A stretch of 64,000 nucleotides of DNA from Eledone cirrhosa. Its lineage: Eukaryota. The notes beneath the pieces are model-generated. The model worked only from the letters and a program-made list of their open reading frames with translations. It did not search any database and was not told the origin of the DNA. Below are positions 38,770 through 52,235 of this stretch, one piece after another (the stretch's first letter is position 1; each line of letters opens with the position of its first letter). The stretch is taken from assembly GCA_964016885.1 (NCBI GenBank), contig OZ024748.1:124001-188000 (forward strand), given 5' to 3'. The translations under genes and the position numbers were made by a program.

Positions 38770-39415
38770 TATGTATGTATGTGTATATGTATGTATGTAT
38801 GTATATGTATGTATGTGTATGAGATGCAGTTTGGTTTTGTGCCGCTGAAAAGTGCAACAGATGCCCTCTTCTTAGTGAGACAACTACAAAAGAGGTTCTT
38901 AGAGAAAAATAAGCCACTATACTTAGCTTTGGACATAGAGAAGGCTTTTGATAGAGAACTCTTATAAATGACAACATATATATATGTGTGTGTATATATA
39001 TGTTTTTTTTAAAACTATATATTTATTACTCCCTTAAGCAGAAGAAATATATTCCCAGATATCGAAGATTACCACAATAACTAGGGAGCGGAAATCAATA
39101 GATGCTGGACATTGCTGCTGAGGGTAGGATGACCTGATGAGCTGGCTCCTGTGGTGGATACCTAAACATAGTAAGACCCAAGTGGGATGACTGAGGTTCA
39201 CCTACATACATCAGATGTCTCTGGATCTCCAGCTGGAGATTAATGATCTCAGGAATGCCATGAAAAATCGTGACATCTAAAAAAGAAGAGTAGAATTGTT
39301 CTGGCCAATCCACCTGACCTAATAAACAATAATAATATTAATATATATTGATGAAAATTAATTATGGTGAAATATCTTAGAAATCATTCTCAGAGGTTTT
39401 GTATTGTAATCCACA

Positions 39416-41413
39416 CTTGCTCCTTGTGGCTTCTGATGCAGACATCATGTCCGCCATCAGGTCCTTCCCAGCTAGCAGCTGCGGTGATGTTGATGGTCTC
39501 TGACCAGGCCTCCTCAAGGAGTTGATATCTCCCCTCTCCGCTGAGGCCGGGCGCCGCCTTCTGAGTGCAATTGTGGCGCTCACCAATAGGCTCATCCATG
39601 GCGCCCTGGACTCTTATGCTCGAGGCCTCTTTTTTTCAGCCAGCTTCACCGCTCTCAGGAAGAAAGAGGGTGGCATACGCCCCATTGCTGTGGGCAATGT
39701 CTTCCGGAGGCTGGCTGCCAAGGTAACCTGCAAGTCCGTAACACTCGGAACCGGCATCCAGGGACTCCAGCCACCTCATTGTCAAGTTTGACATGAGGAA
39801 TGCCTTCAACTCTTTACGCTGGGATCATCTGCTCGAGGCCTGCCTCAGCCGAGCCCCCTCTGCCTAGCTGTCATATGGAGCCCCGAGCATGCGACATGCT
39901 GCTGATGCGGTCATACCCTTGGCTACTGGGATCCAACAGGGCAACCCTTTGGGACCCCTCCTGTTCACCCTTGGTATTGACCACATCGCCCGGAGTATAA
40001 CGGCCCCTCTCAACGTTTGGTATCTGGATGATGCTACTTTGGGTGGGCCCGTACAGGCGGTCTGCCATGACCTTCAATCGGTGGTTCCTGCCCTGGCGGG
40101 AATCGACCTCCAGGTCAACTCAGCCAAGTCGGAGGTGGTGAATGTCAGCCTCGATGCTGCAAGCTTTGCAGTCTCCGTCTTGGACGTGCGGTCCATTCTC
40201 CGCCAGGTTCAGGTGACCCCCAAAGAGGATGCCCTCACCGATCCACCCGCCGGCCATCCGCTCCTCCATCAAGTCCAGACTCTCACGAGCCGACTGGGCT
40301 TGATTGATGCCCACCCAGTTCTCTTTCTGCTGAGGAACTGCTACGCCATGCCGAAGCTCCTCTATACACTCTGTGCTACACCTAAACTTGTATCCGAGCA
40401 GCAGCCGATGAGATATGCAACTTTACCTGTCAGGTATGGCGGCCTTCGCCTCCAGTCCCCGATCTCACTAGCTTTGCCGGCATATCTTTCGTCGGTAACC
40501 TCGTACCACGTCCTCCTCAGCAGGGTTCTTCAAAACACAACAGAACCCTCTGTGTTCAGAGAACGCGTCGCCGCCTGTGAGACGTGGGACCGGCTGGGAC
40601 TTAGCCCAGTAGACGTTCCTCCTCCTTCTCCCCCTGTTGACGTCAAGTCCCCCCCAACACACTTGGGATGCCATCCAGTGCAGCCTGGCCTCAGACAGGC
40701 TCACGCGCCAGCTCGACCAGCACCGCCTTGTTTGTTTTCGTGCAGCCTCCAAACCCCACAGTGGGGCCTGGCTCCATGCCCTGCCCTCCTTCTCCACTCG
40801 CACGCAGCTAGACAACAATAGCTTGCGCATCGGCGTTTCCCTGAGGCTCGGCCTCTCACCAATGTCGCTGCCGTTCCACCATGGAGTCTTTCGGCCTCCA
40901 CCCGCTTTCCTGTCGCCACAGTGCCAGCCGCAATCCACGCCATGCTGCCCTCAACGAAGTCATTAAGCATGGCTTGGACGCTGCAGGCTTCCCTTCCCAG
41001 CTCGAGGGGACGGCAAAAGGCTAGATGGCATGACCATCTTCCCGTTCCGCGGTGGCAAACCCCTCGTCTGGGATGCCACTTGCACCGACACTTTCTGCAG
41101 CCGCAACCTGGTGCAGTCTGCGACTGGCCCAGGTTCTGCTGCACGTCAGGCTGAGGGGGCCAAACTCCTCACATATCGTTCACTCTCCGACAGGTTTGCG
41201 GTCGTACCCCTGGAAGTGGAGACTTCTGGTGTCCTCGGCCCCAGGGCTACCTCCTTACTCACCACCATAGGCGCTGAGCTGGCCAGCCGCAGGTGTGAGC
41301 CCCGCGAGTTGGAGTGGCTTTTCCAGCGCGTCTCCCTTGCCGTGTTCCGGGGAAACGCCTTCTCCATTCTGTCCGCCGGGGCTGTGGGTGGGTCCCATCG
41401 CGTACCGTTATGA
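39416..41413 (+). mobile_element. Degenerate CRE-clade retrotransposon, copy 6 (B/A recombinant)
   Basis: As copy 5; shares a private SNP (catggagtct) with copy 7. Confidence 0.88.
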
Positions 41414-43259
41414 ATGTATACAAAACAACTAAATCTCTTAAATAACTTCACTTATATCCAAAACATGATTTGTATATACATCAACAGTGACTCATTATTA
41501 TACGCCAGTCACGACCCCACTGCAAAAACGATATCTATATAACAACCCCACCGTAAAACTACTCTTCCCCACTTTACAAACACTTTATATTATTTGTCAT
41601 TAAGGTTTCTTAAAATAAATATATATACGTATGTGTAGTAATTAGTACGGAGACTGAGAGAGAAGGGGCGAGTGTGTCTTCATGGAGGGCACATGGGACC
41701 AGCAAAGCCCTAAAAGTAGAGACCAGTAAATGAGATAAGGTCCTCGCTATGTTAAGAATATAAATAAGAAACATGTTCTATACATTTAAGAAGACAAGAG
41801 AAACATGTTCTAAACATTTAAGAAATAATTATTTACCTCTTTCATGTCGGTAATATAGCGGTGTTATAAAACTAATTATAACGACCGGTGTTAAAATAGA
41901 GAGAGATAGACAGATAAATGTGTGTCACACTCTCACCCTCTCTTTAAATCTTTTACACTATCTAACTCGTACTTCTCACACTCTCTTTAAATCTTTTACT
42001 CTATCTACCTCTCATTTCTATCTGTGTATGTATGTATGTATCTGTCTATGTGTAACTCGGTGTACTGGAGCAATATGAAGTGAAGTGTCTTGCTCAAGAA
42101 GACATTTTGTGGAGTTATATCATCGTTTCTTGTTATAAAGCTACTTATACTACCGGCGTAACAGTGGCTATAGGTGATAGATGTAGAAATAAAAGGCTGT
42201 AACAGCGATATAAATATAGATGAAATAGTTTACCACGAGACTAAGAATGAATGTTTAATGGAATTAAGTGTAATCTAATAGGAAATAAGAGGCTAGAGCA
42301 GCGAAATGTTTACGTAAAATAAAAGAACAACAAACAAGAGTGCAACATTGAAATTTTTGTTTTTTTTTGTCGATATAAGCGTTATTTTATGCGCGATTTG
42401 CCTTGCTGCCGGCGCTGCTCAGTCAGTAGCAGCTCCGCTTACGAAGTTCAGGAGCCAACGACTTTACATGGTTCGAATCTCACCCTCTCCGCTCTTGTCG
42501 AGTTATCTCCTACTCTTTTTACTTAGTTCCAGGTCATTAAAATAGAGCAAAGAGGGCGCGGCGATCGGCATATGCACTGGCTACAATGTTGAACTTTGGT
42601 ACTGACTGCGTAGTTGAACGTTCCAGATACCAACCGCCCAACTGGCCAGTCAACCGCATATGCGGCTGGCTGGCCGGTTGGGTAGTTGGCATATGTACTG
42701 GCTACCATGCTGAACATTGTACTGACTGTCAAGTTGAACGTTCTAACCCTCTCTTTACATCTATTACTCTATCTACCGCTTATTTCTCCCCCTCTCTTTA
42801 CTTCTATAACTCTATCTCCCACTCTCTTTACATCTATTACAGTGTCTCCCTGTATATATACACGTATATATGCACTAGATTTTATAAGAAATCTACGTAA
42901 TAATATAATTAACAATAGTTGATGAATTAGACCAGAGTTAATTAAACAATAAATATGAATGAAATAGCAGTAGATGGCGAAACTTGAGTGTTGTGTGTGC
43001 ATACATATATATGAGGTAAACTGGTTCAAATACTGTCAGGATTATATTGGATCAAAGACTGTATTAAATAGAAAGTAAAAAGTGAAGTGAAAATATAAAA
43101 ACAAACTGAAAATTTCCCCATCCCTAGAAAAATTCATATCTTGTTATATATAGATAATTGGCGCTTTAAATTGAATAAATATTCATTTATATATATATAT
43201 ATGTATATATATATGTACACTGATATATATGTGTGTATATATATATGTGTATATATATA

Positions 43260-43302
<43 letters not shown>

Positions 43303-44330
43303 ATATCAACTTCATCATACGTCCGCTTTTCCATGCTTGCAAGGGTGGGGTGGGAGCTGATTCTGGATTGGTTTCTACAGCTGGGTGCCCTTCCTGACGC
43401 CAACCCCGTTTGCAGTGAGTGCTGGGTGCTTTTTTTTTTCCGTGGCACCTCCACGTCAGCTTTACAGTGTGGGCTGGGTGCTTTTTTGCCGCGGCGCCTC
43501 CACGACCACTTTGCGGTGGGGTGGTGGGGTGGTATGTGTATACCCAGCCCATTGTCATTTGCCACACAGAAAAGCTTATAGCATCGTTCTTTACCCACGA
43601 TGAATCTAGCAGACCCACCCCTCCACCTGGTCTCTTGAATACAACAAACATCGACCTCCTTACGTTCAAGCATTTCTACAACCTCGTTAGAGCCACCCTA
43701 TAAGGTGCCTACATTAATGGTACCAACTCTGAAGTTTTGGATTGCGTTTGGAGGTTGGGAGCGGTGGGGAGCGGGGATGGGGTTAGGGTTAGCCATCCGC
43801 GGCCGAAACAAAGAGGAGGAGCCCTTGCATTCTCGTCCATGAGGTGGATTTGTCTTTATGTATGTATATGTATATATGTATGTATGTGTGTGTATGTATG
43901 TATATGTATATATGAGTGTATATGTGTATATGTATGTATATGTATGTGTATGTATGTGTATATATGTGTATATGTATGTGTTTGTATATATGTGTGTGTA
44001 TGTATATGTGTGTGTATGTATATATATATATGTATGTATGTGTATATGTATGTATATGTATGTATGTGTATATGTATATATGTGTGTATGTATGTATATA
44101 TGTATGTATGTGTATATATGTATGTATGTATATGTATATATACGTGTGTATATGTATATATACTTATGTGTATATGCTTATGTATGTGTATGTATGTATA
44201 TTTATATTATGTATATATATATATCTATGTATGTATATGTATGTATATGTGTATGTATGTGTATGTATGTATGTGTATATATGTATGTATGTATATATAT
44301 ATGTATATGTATGTGTATGTATATGTATAT

Positions 44331-44685
44331 GGAGGCACATGGCTTAGTGGTTCGAGCATTGGCCTGGCAATCGAAAGGTTGTGAGTTCAATTCTCAGACC
44401 GGGTGATGTGTTGTTTCCTTGAGCAAGACACTTTATTTCACATTGCTCCAGTTTACTCAGCTGTAGAAATGAGATGATAGGGACTGGGGTCCATATCATT
44501 CCACTGCAAAGTGGTCATGGAGGTGCCACGGCAAAAAAGCACTCAGCACTCACTGTAAATGAGGTTGGTGTTAGGAAGGGCATCCAGCTGTAGAAATCAA
44601 GCCAGAATCAGTTCCCGTCCCACCCTTGCAAGCAGGGAAAAAGCGGACTTAAAACGAAATGATGATGATGATGATGATGATGATG
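44331..44685 (+). mobile_element. tRNA-derived SINE (array copy)
   Basis: Near-identical to 786-1140. Confidence 0.85.
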
Positions 44686-45331
44686 TATGTATGTATGTGT
44701 ATATGTATGTATGTATGTATATGTATGTATGTGTATGAGATGCAGTTTGGTTTTGTGCCGCTGAAAAGTGCAACAGATGCCCTCTTCTTAGTGAGACAAC
44801 TACAAAAGAGGTTCTTAGAGAAAAATAAGCCACTATACTTAGCTTTGGACATAGAGAAGGCTTTTGATAGAGAACTCTTATAAATGACAACATATATATA
44901 TGTGTGTGTATATATATGTTTTTTTTAAAACTATATATTTATTACTCCCTTAAGCAGAAGAAATATATTCCCAGATATCGAAGATTACCACAATAACTAG
45001 GGAGCGGAAATCAATAGATGCTGGACATTGCTGCTGAGGGTAGGATGACCTGATGAGCTGGCTCCTGTGGTGGATACCTAAACATAGTAAGACCCAAGTG
45101 GGATGACTGAGGTTCACCTACATACATCAGATGTCTCTGGATCTCCAGCTGGAGATTAATGATCTCAGGAATGCCATGAAAAATCGTGACATCTAAAAAA
45201 GAAGAGTAGAATTGTTCTGGCCAATCCACCTGACCTAATAAACAATAATAATATTAATATATATTGATGAAAATTAATTATGGTGAAATATCTTAGAAAT
45301 CATTCTCAGAGGTTTTGTATTGTAATCCACA

Positions 45332-47329
45332 CTTGCTCCTTGTGGCTTCTGATGCAGACATCATGTCCGCCATCAGGTCCTTCCCAGCTAGCAGCTGCGG
45401 TGATGTTGATGGTCTCTGACCAGGCCTCCTCAAGGAGTTGATATCTCCCCTCTCCGCTGAGGCCGGGCGCCGCCTTCTGAGTGCAATTGTGGCGCTCACC
45501 AATAGGCTCATCCATGGCGCCCTGGACTCTTATGCTCGAGGCCTCTTTTTTTCAGCCAGCTTCACCGCTCTCAGGAAGAAAGAGGGTGGCATACGCCCCA
45601 TTGCTGTGGGCAATGTCTTCCGGAGGCTGGCTGCCAAGGTAACCTGCAAGTCCGTAACACTCGGAACCGGCATCCAGGGACTCCAGCCACCTCATTGTCA
45701 AGTTTGACATGAGGAATGCCTTCAACTCTTTACGCTGGGATCATCTGCTCGAGGCCTGCCTCAGCCGAGCCCCCTCTGCCTAGCTGTCATATGGAGCCCC
45801 GAGCATGCGACATGCTGCTGATGCGGTCATACCCTTGGCTACTGGGATCCAACAGGGCAACCCTTTGGGACCCCTCCTGTTCACCCTTGGTATTGACCAC
45901 ATCGCCCGGAGTATAACGGCCCCTCTCAACGTTTGGTATCTGGATGATGCTACTTTGGGTGGGCCCGTACAGGCGGTCTGCCATGACCTTCAATCGGTGG
46001 TTCCTGCCCTGGCGGGAATCGACCTCCAGGTCAACTCAGCCAAGTCGGAGGTGGTGAATGTCAGCCTCGATGCTGCAAGCTTTGCAGTCTCCGTCTTGGA
46101 CGTGCGGTCCATTCTCCGCCAGGTTCAGGTGACCCCCAAAGAGGATGCCCTCACCGATCCACCCGCCGGCCATCCGCTCCTCCATCAAGTCCAGACTCTC
46201 ACGAGCCGACTGGGCTTGATTGATGCCCACCCAGTTCTCTTTCTGCTGAGGAACTGCTACGCCATGCCGAAGCTCCTCTATACACTCTGTGCTACACCTA
46301 AACTTGTATCCGAGCAGCAGCCGATGAGATATGCAACTTTACCTGTCAGGTATGGCGGCCTTCGCCTCCAGTCCCCGATCTCACTAGCTTTGCCGGCATA
46401 TCTTTCGTCGGTAACCTCGTACCACGTCCTCCTCAGCAGGGTTCTTCAAAACACAACAGAACCCTCTGTGTTCAGAGAACGCGTCGCCGCCTGTGAGACG
46501 TGGGACCGGCTGGGACTTAGCCCAGTAGACGTTCCTCCTCCTTCTCCCCCTGTTGACGTCAAGTCCCCCCCAACACACTTGGGATGCCATCCAGTGCAGC
46601 CTGGCCTCAGACAGGCTCACGCGCCAGCTCGACCAGCACCGCCTTGTTTGTTTTCGTGCAGCCTCCAAACCCCACAGTGGGGCCTGGCTCCATGCCCTGC
46701 CCTCCTTCTCCACTCGCACGCAGCTAGACAACAATAGCTTGCGCATCGGCGTTTCCCTGAGGCTCGGCCTCTCACCAATGTCGCTGCCGTTCCACCATGG
46801 AGTCTTTCGGCCTCCACCCGCTTTCCTGTCGCCACAGTGCCAGCCGCAATCCACGCCATGCTGCCCTCAACGAAGTCATTAAGCATGGCTTGGACGCTGC
46901 AGGCTTCCCTTCCCAGCTCGAGGGGACGGCAAAAGGCTAGATGGCATGACCATCTTCCCGTTCCGCGGTGGCAAACCCCTCGTCTGGGATGCCACTTGCA
47001 CCGACACTTTCTGCAGCCGCAACCTGGTGCAGTCTGCGACTGGCCCAGGTTCTGCTGCACGTCAGGCTGAGGGGGCCAAACTCCTCACATATCGTTCACT
47101 CTCCGACAGGTTTGCGGTCGTACCCCTGGAAGTGGAGACTTCTGGTGTCCTCGGCCCCAGGGCTACCTCCTTACTCACCACCATAGGCGCTGAGCTGGCC
47201 AGCCGCAGGTGTGAGCCCCGCGAGTTGGAGTGGCTTTTCCAGCGCGTCTCCCTTGCCGTGTTCCGGGGAAACGCCTTCTCCATTCTGTCCGCCGGGGCTG
47301 TGGGTGGGTCCCATCGCGTACCGTTATGA
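45332..47329 (+). mobile_element. Degenerate CRE-clade retrotransposon, copy 7 (B/A recombinant)
   Basis: As copy 6. Confidence 0.88.
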
Positions 47330-49175
47330 ATGTATACAAAACAACTAAATCTCTTAAATAACTTCACTTATATCCAAAACATGATTTGTATATACATCAA
47401 CAGTGACTCATTATTATACGCCAGTCACGACCCCACTGCAAAAACGATATCTATATAACAACCCCACCGTAAAACTACTCTTCCCCACTTTACAAACACT
47501 TTATATTATTTGTCATTAAGGTTTCTTAAAATAAATATATATACGTATGTGTAGTAATTAGTACGGAGACTGAGAGAGAAGGGGCGAGTGTGTCTTCATG
47601 GAGGGCACATGGGACCAGCAAAGCCCTAAAAGTAGAGACCAGTAAATGAGATAAGGTCCTCGCTATGTTAAGAATATAAATAAGAAACATGTTCTATACA
47701 TTTAAGAAGACAAGAGAAACATGTTCTAAACATTTAAGAAATAATTATTTACCTCTTTCATGTCGGTAATATAGCGGTGTTATAAAACTAATTATAACGA
47801 CCGGTGTTAAAATAGAGAGAGATAGACAGATAAATGTGTGTCACACTCTCACCCTCTCTTTAAATCTTTTACACTATCTAACTCGTACTTCTCACACTCT
47901 CTTTAAATCTTTTACTCTATCTACCTCTCATTTCTATCTGTGTATGTATGTATGTATCTGTCTATGTGTAACTCGGTGTACTGGAGCAATATGAAGTGAA
48001 GTGTCTTGCTCAAGAAGACATTTTGTGGAGTTATATCATCGTTTCTTGTTATAAAGCTACTTATACTACCGGCGTAACAGTGGCTATAGGTGATAGATGT
48101 AGAAATAAAAGGCTGTAACAGCGATATAAATATAGATGAAATAGTTTACCACGAGACTAAGAATGAATGTTTAATGGAATTAAGTGTAATCTAATAGGAA
48201 ATAAGAGGCTAGAGCAGCGAAATGTTTACGTAAAATAAAAGAACAACAAACAAGAGTGCAACATTGAAATTTTTGTTTTTTTTTGTCGATATAAGCGTTA
48301 TTTTATGCGCGATTTGCCTTGCTGCCGGCGCTGCTCAGTCAGTAGCAGCTCCGCTTACGAACTTCAGGAGCCAACGACTTTACATGGTTCGAATCTCACC
48401 CTCTCCGCTCTTGTCGAGTTATCTCCTACTCTTTTTACTTAGTTCCAGGTCATTAAAATAGAGCAAAGAGGGCGCGGCGATCGGCATATGCACTGGCTAC
48501 AATGTTGAACTTTGGTACTGACTGCGTAGTTGAACGTTCCAGATACCAACCGCCCAACTGGCCAGTCAACCGCATATGCGGCTGGCTGGCCGGTTGGGTA
48601 GTTGGCATATGTACTGGCTACCATGCTGAACATTGTACTGACTGTCAAGTTGAACGTTCTAACCCTCTCTTTACATCTATTACTCTATCTACCGCTTATT
48701 TCTCCCCCTCTCTTTACTTCTATAACTCTATCTCCCACTCTCTTTACATCTATTACAGTGTCTCCCTGTATATATACACGTATATATGCACTAGATTTTA
48801 TAAGAAATCTACGTAATAATATAATTAACAATAGTTGATGAATTAGACCAGAGTTAATTAAACAATAAATATGAATGAAATAGCAGTAGATGGCGAAACT
48901 TGAGTGTTGTGTGTGCATACATATATATGAGGTAAACTGGTTCAAATACTGTCAGGATTATATTGGATCAAAGACTGTATTAAATAGAAAGTAAAAAGTG
49001 AAGTGAAAATATAAAAACAAACTGAAAATTTCCCCATCCCTAGAAAAATTCATATCTTGTTATATATAGATAATTGGCGCTTTAAATTGAATAAATATTC
49101 ATTTATATATATATATATGTATATATATATGTACACTGATATATATGTGTGTATATATATATGTGTATATATATA

Positions 49176-49218
<43 letters not shown>

Positions 49219-49500
49219 ATATCAACTTCATCATACGTCCGCTTTTCCATGCTTGCAAGGGTGGGGTGGGAGCTGATTCTGGATTGGTTTCTACAGCTGG
49301 GTGCCCTTCCTGACGCCAACCCCGTTTGCAGTGAGTGCTGGGTGCTTTTTTTTTTCCGTGGCACCTCCACGTCAGCTTTACAGTGTGGGCTGGGTGCTTT
49401 TTTGCCGCGGCGCCTCCACGACCACTTTGCGGTGGGGTGGTGGGGTGGTATGTGTATACCCAGCCCATTGTCATTTGCCACACAGAAAAGCTTATAGCAT

Positions 49501-49867
49501 TGTAGCGGTTGTCTCCCTTGTTTTGATTAGGATCTAGACGGGAAGTGGAACCCTTTCTGCAACTTCCGGTCAGAGCCCTATAAAACTAACAACTTTGGGC
49601 TTCCTCTCTCTCTTTGCCTTTTCGGCACCAGGTCAAGAGTCTTCTCATTTGGCTCTGCCATTAATTTGGCCAACAGGCGCCTGGCTAAGGCCAGGCGCCC
49701 TCTGCCAGCCGCGTTTGCCTGGCAATCAAAACGGTAACTACTAACTTTGTTTCATTCTAACATCTATCTTTGACATGTCAAGTATTCTATCTACCGTTAA
49801 TTAAATATTATATACACAAACATTGTCTCGTTTTGTTACATTCATGCAACCAGTAATCTCCGCTATA
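49501..49867 (+). repeat. 5' LTR (367 bp)
   Basis: Direct repeat of 51146-51511; TATA-like cctataaaa at ~49577; perfect 10-bp hairpin at 49676-49699. Confidence 0.93.
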
Positions 49868-49868
49868 T

Positions 49869-49900
49869 TGGTAACCCTGACGTGATACGAACACGCAGCC
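49869..49900 (+). promoter_or_regulatory. Primer-binding site complementary to the tRNA-Trp(CCA) 3' end
   Basis: TGGTAACCCTGACGTGATACGAACACGCAGCC begins 1 nt after the LTR. The complement of a metazoan tRNA-Trp, from recall, is TGGTGACCCCGACGTGATTCGAACACGCAGCC (29/32). Confidence 0.85.
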
Positions 49901-51145
49901 GTTCATCGCTATAAGTGGTCACCCCCAAAAAAAGAAAAAAATAGCACATCTGGTTTTGTGAGTAACATTACGAATACACAGCAAATTTAGCGACAAACTA
50001 TGAAAATACTCAAGGACACGCACACACGCACATGTGGAATTCGCACAGACATACTTTTTCTCTCACGCATCAATTAACTGTCGCATTTCACCAATATATA
50101 TATATATGTTTCTCGTTTCTTACAACGAACACTTTCAAAACAAAAGAAAACATTTCACGATATATATATATATATGTTTCTCGTTTCTTACAACGAACTC
50201 TTTCAAAACACAAAAAAAAAAAAAAGTTCTAGTTTTTTGTTTTTTTCCAAAGTTCACACCTATAATTATGCTGATTGAAGCCTTTCTTTTTCATCATGGT
50301 CACTTTCAAAATTGCACTATCATTTTCTCGCGCGTTAGAAATATTTTTTTTCAACCTTGTATTGGCACGTGTAGGCAGCATAAATTCTCGATTCACTGAG
50401 ATGTCTCTTACTCACAGACAGCCGCACGCCAGAGATAGCATTTCTCCCCCAAGGATTCTTCAGCCTTAAGCTATATTCTTCTATTTGCCGGTTTATAAGT
50501 TTACAATGTAAATTTACCGTTGATAACCGCGCATTTATTAAGAATGCTTATTTCTCTGGTCGCTGGCCTCTTGACCCTTCCAGGTCAACGCATTCTCAAC
50601 ATCGACCATCAACTTCGGCTGCTATTTCTAGCACTTTGCGCAACTCATTTTTTTCTAAAAAAAAAATTTTTTACTGTGAATTTAAACACCGAATACGCTC
50701 ACTCAGCGAGACAACAGCAGCAGCAACAGCAATACATCAATACAGCTTCACCAAAGCCAGAGAATTCATTTTTGCAGCACTCTTCCTGTGAGAAAATCCA
50801 TTCGGAGGTTGGAAATTTCACGATGTACCACAGAACAGAAACCACCTGCATTCATTCTCTGGAGCACACTTTCTTTCCAGCTGTCATGTGATTGCACACC
50901 TGTGAACTATATTTTGAACTTTGAGCTCTTCTATTACTTTTACTTTATTACATTGTATCTTTGGGTGATGGATAGATGGATGTCCAGTCGTTCTCTGGCC
51001 AAGAGCGGTTGGCTACCTTGATATCTATCATTGATTTTTCCAAACATTCTTTTGTCGTAATTTTCATGCCTGTTACAACATTCTCGCCAACTTGCTACAT
51101 ATTTTCATTTCGATTTTTATACACTAAAATTCTGGCGGGAGGTTA

Positions 51146-51511
51146 TGTAGCGGTTGTCTCCCTTGTTTTGATTAGGATCTAGACGGGAAGTGGAACCCTT
51201 TCTGCAACTTCCGGTCAGAGCCCTATAAAACTAACAACTTTGGGCTTCCTCTCTCTCTTTGCCTTTTCGGCACCAGGTCAAGAGTCTTCTCATTTGGCTC
51301 TGCCATTAATTTGGCCAACAGGCGCCTGGCTAAGGCCAGGCGCCCTCTGCCAGCCGCGTTTGCCTGGCAATCAAAACGGTAACTACTAACTTTGTTTCAT
51401 TCTAACATCTATCTTTGACATGTCAAGTATTCTATCTACCGTTAATTAAATATTATATACACAAACATTGTCTCGTTTTGTTACATTCATACAACCAGTA
51501 TTATCGCTATA
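51146..51511 (+). repeat. 3' LTR (366 bp)
   Basis: Identical by eye to the 5' LTR except the last ~22 nt; preceded by purine-rich ggcgggagg (PPT-like, 51134-51142). Confidence 0.93.
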
Positions 51512-52235
51512 GCATCGTTCTTTACCCACGATGAATCTAGCAGACCCACCCCTCCACCTGGTCTCTTGAATACAACAAACATCGACCTCCTTACGTTCAA
51601 GCATTTCTACAACCTCGTTAGAGCCACCCTATAAGGTGCCTACATTAATGGTACCAACTCTGAAGTTTTGGATTGCGTTTGGAGGTTGGGAGCGGTGGGG
51701 AGCGGGGATGGGGTTAGGGTTAGCCATCCGCGGCCGAAACAAAGAGGAGGAGCCCTTGCATTCTCGTCCATGAGGTGGATTTGTCTTTATGTATGTATAT
51801 GTATATATGTATGTATGTGTGTGTATGTATGTATATGTATATATGAGTGTATATGTGTATATGTATGTATATGTATGTGTATGTATGTGTATATATGTGT
51901 ATATGTATGTGTTTGTATATATGTGTGTGTATGTATATGTGTGTGTATGTATATATATATATGTATGTATGTGTATATGTATATATGTGTGTATGTATGT
52001 ATATATGTATGTATGTGTATATATGTATGTATGTATATGTATATATACGTGTGTATATGTATATATACTTATGTGTATATGCTTATGTATGTGTATGTAT
52101 GTATATTTATATTATGTATATATATATATCTATGTATGTATATGTATGTATATGTGTATGTATGTGTATGTATGTATGTGTATATATGTATGTATGTATA
52201 TATATATGTATATGTATGTGTATGTATATGTATAT

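Larger units (their letters stand above)
49501..51511 (+). mobile_element. Non-autonomous (non-coding) LTR retrotransposon, TRIM/LARD-like, 2011 bp, TSD GCAT
   Basis: LTRs 49501-49867 and 51146-51511 with termini TGTAGCG...CGCTATA. GCAT is duplicated at 49497-49500 and 51512-51515; sister units show the empty site cttatagcatcgttc. No gag/pol motifs seen internally. Confidence 0.93.

Noticed and set aside
49501-49867. Retrozyme (hammerhead-bearing LTR)
   Set aside because: Size and 4-bp TSD fit, but no CTGANGA...GAAA core was seen on either strand.
50032-51182. ORFs inside the LTR element, including the poly-Q 123-aa ORF
   Set aside because: Short and low-complexity, with no gag, protease, RT or integrase motifs.
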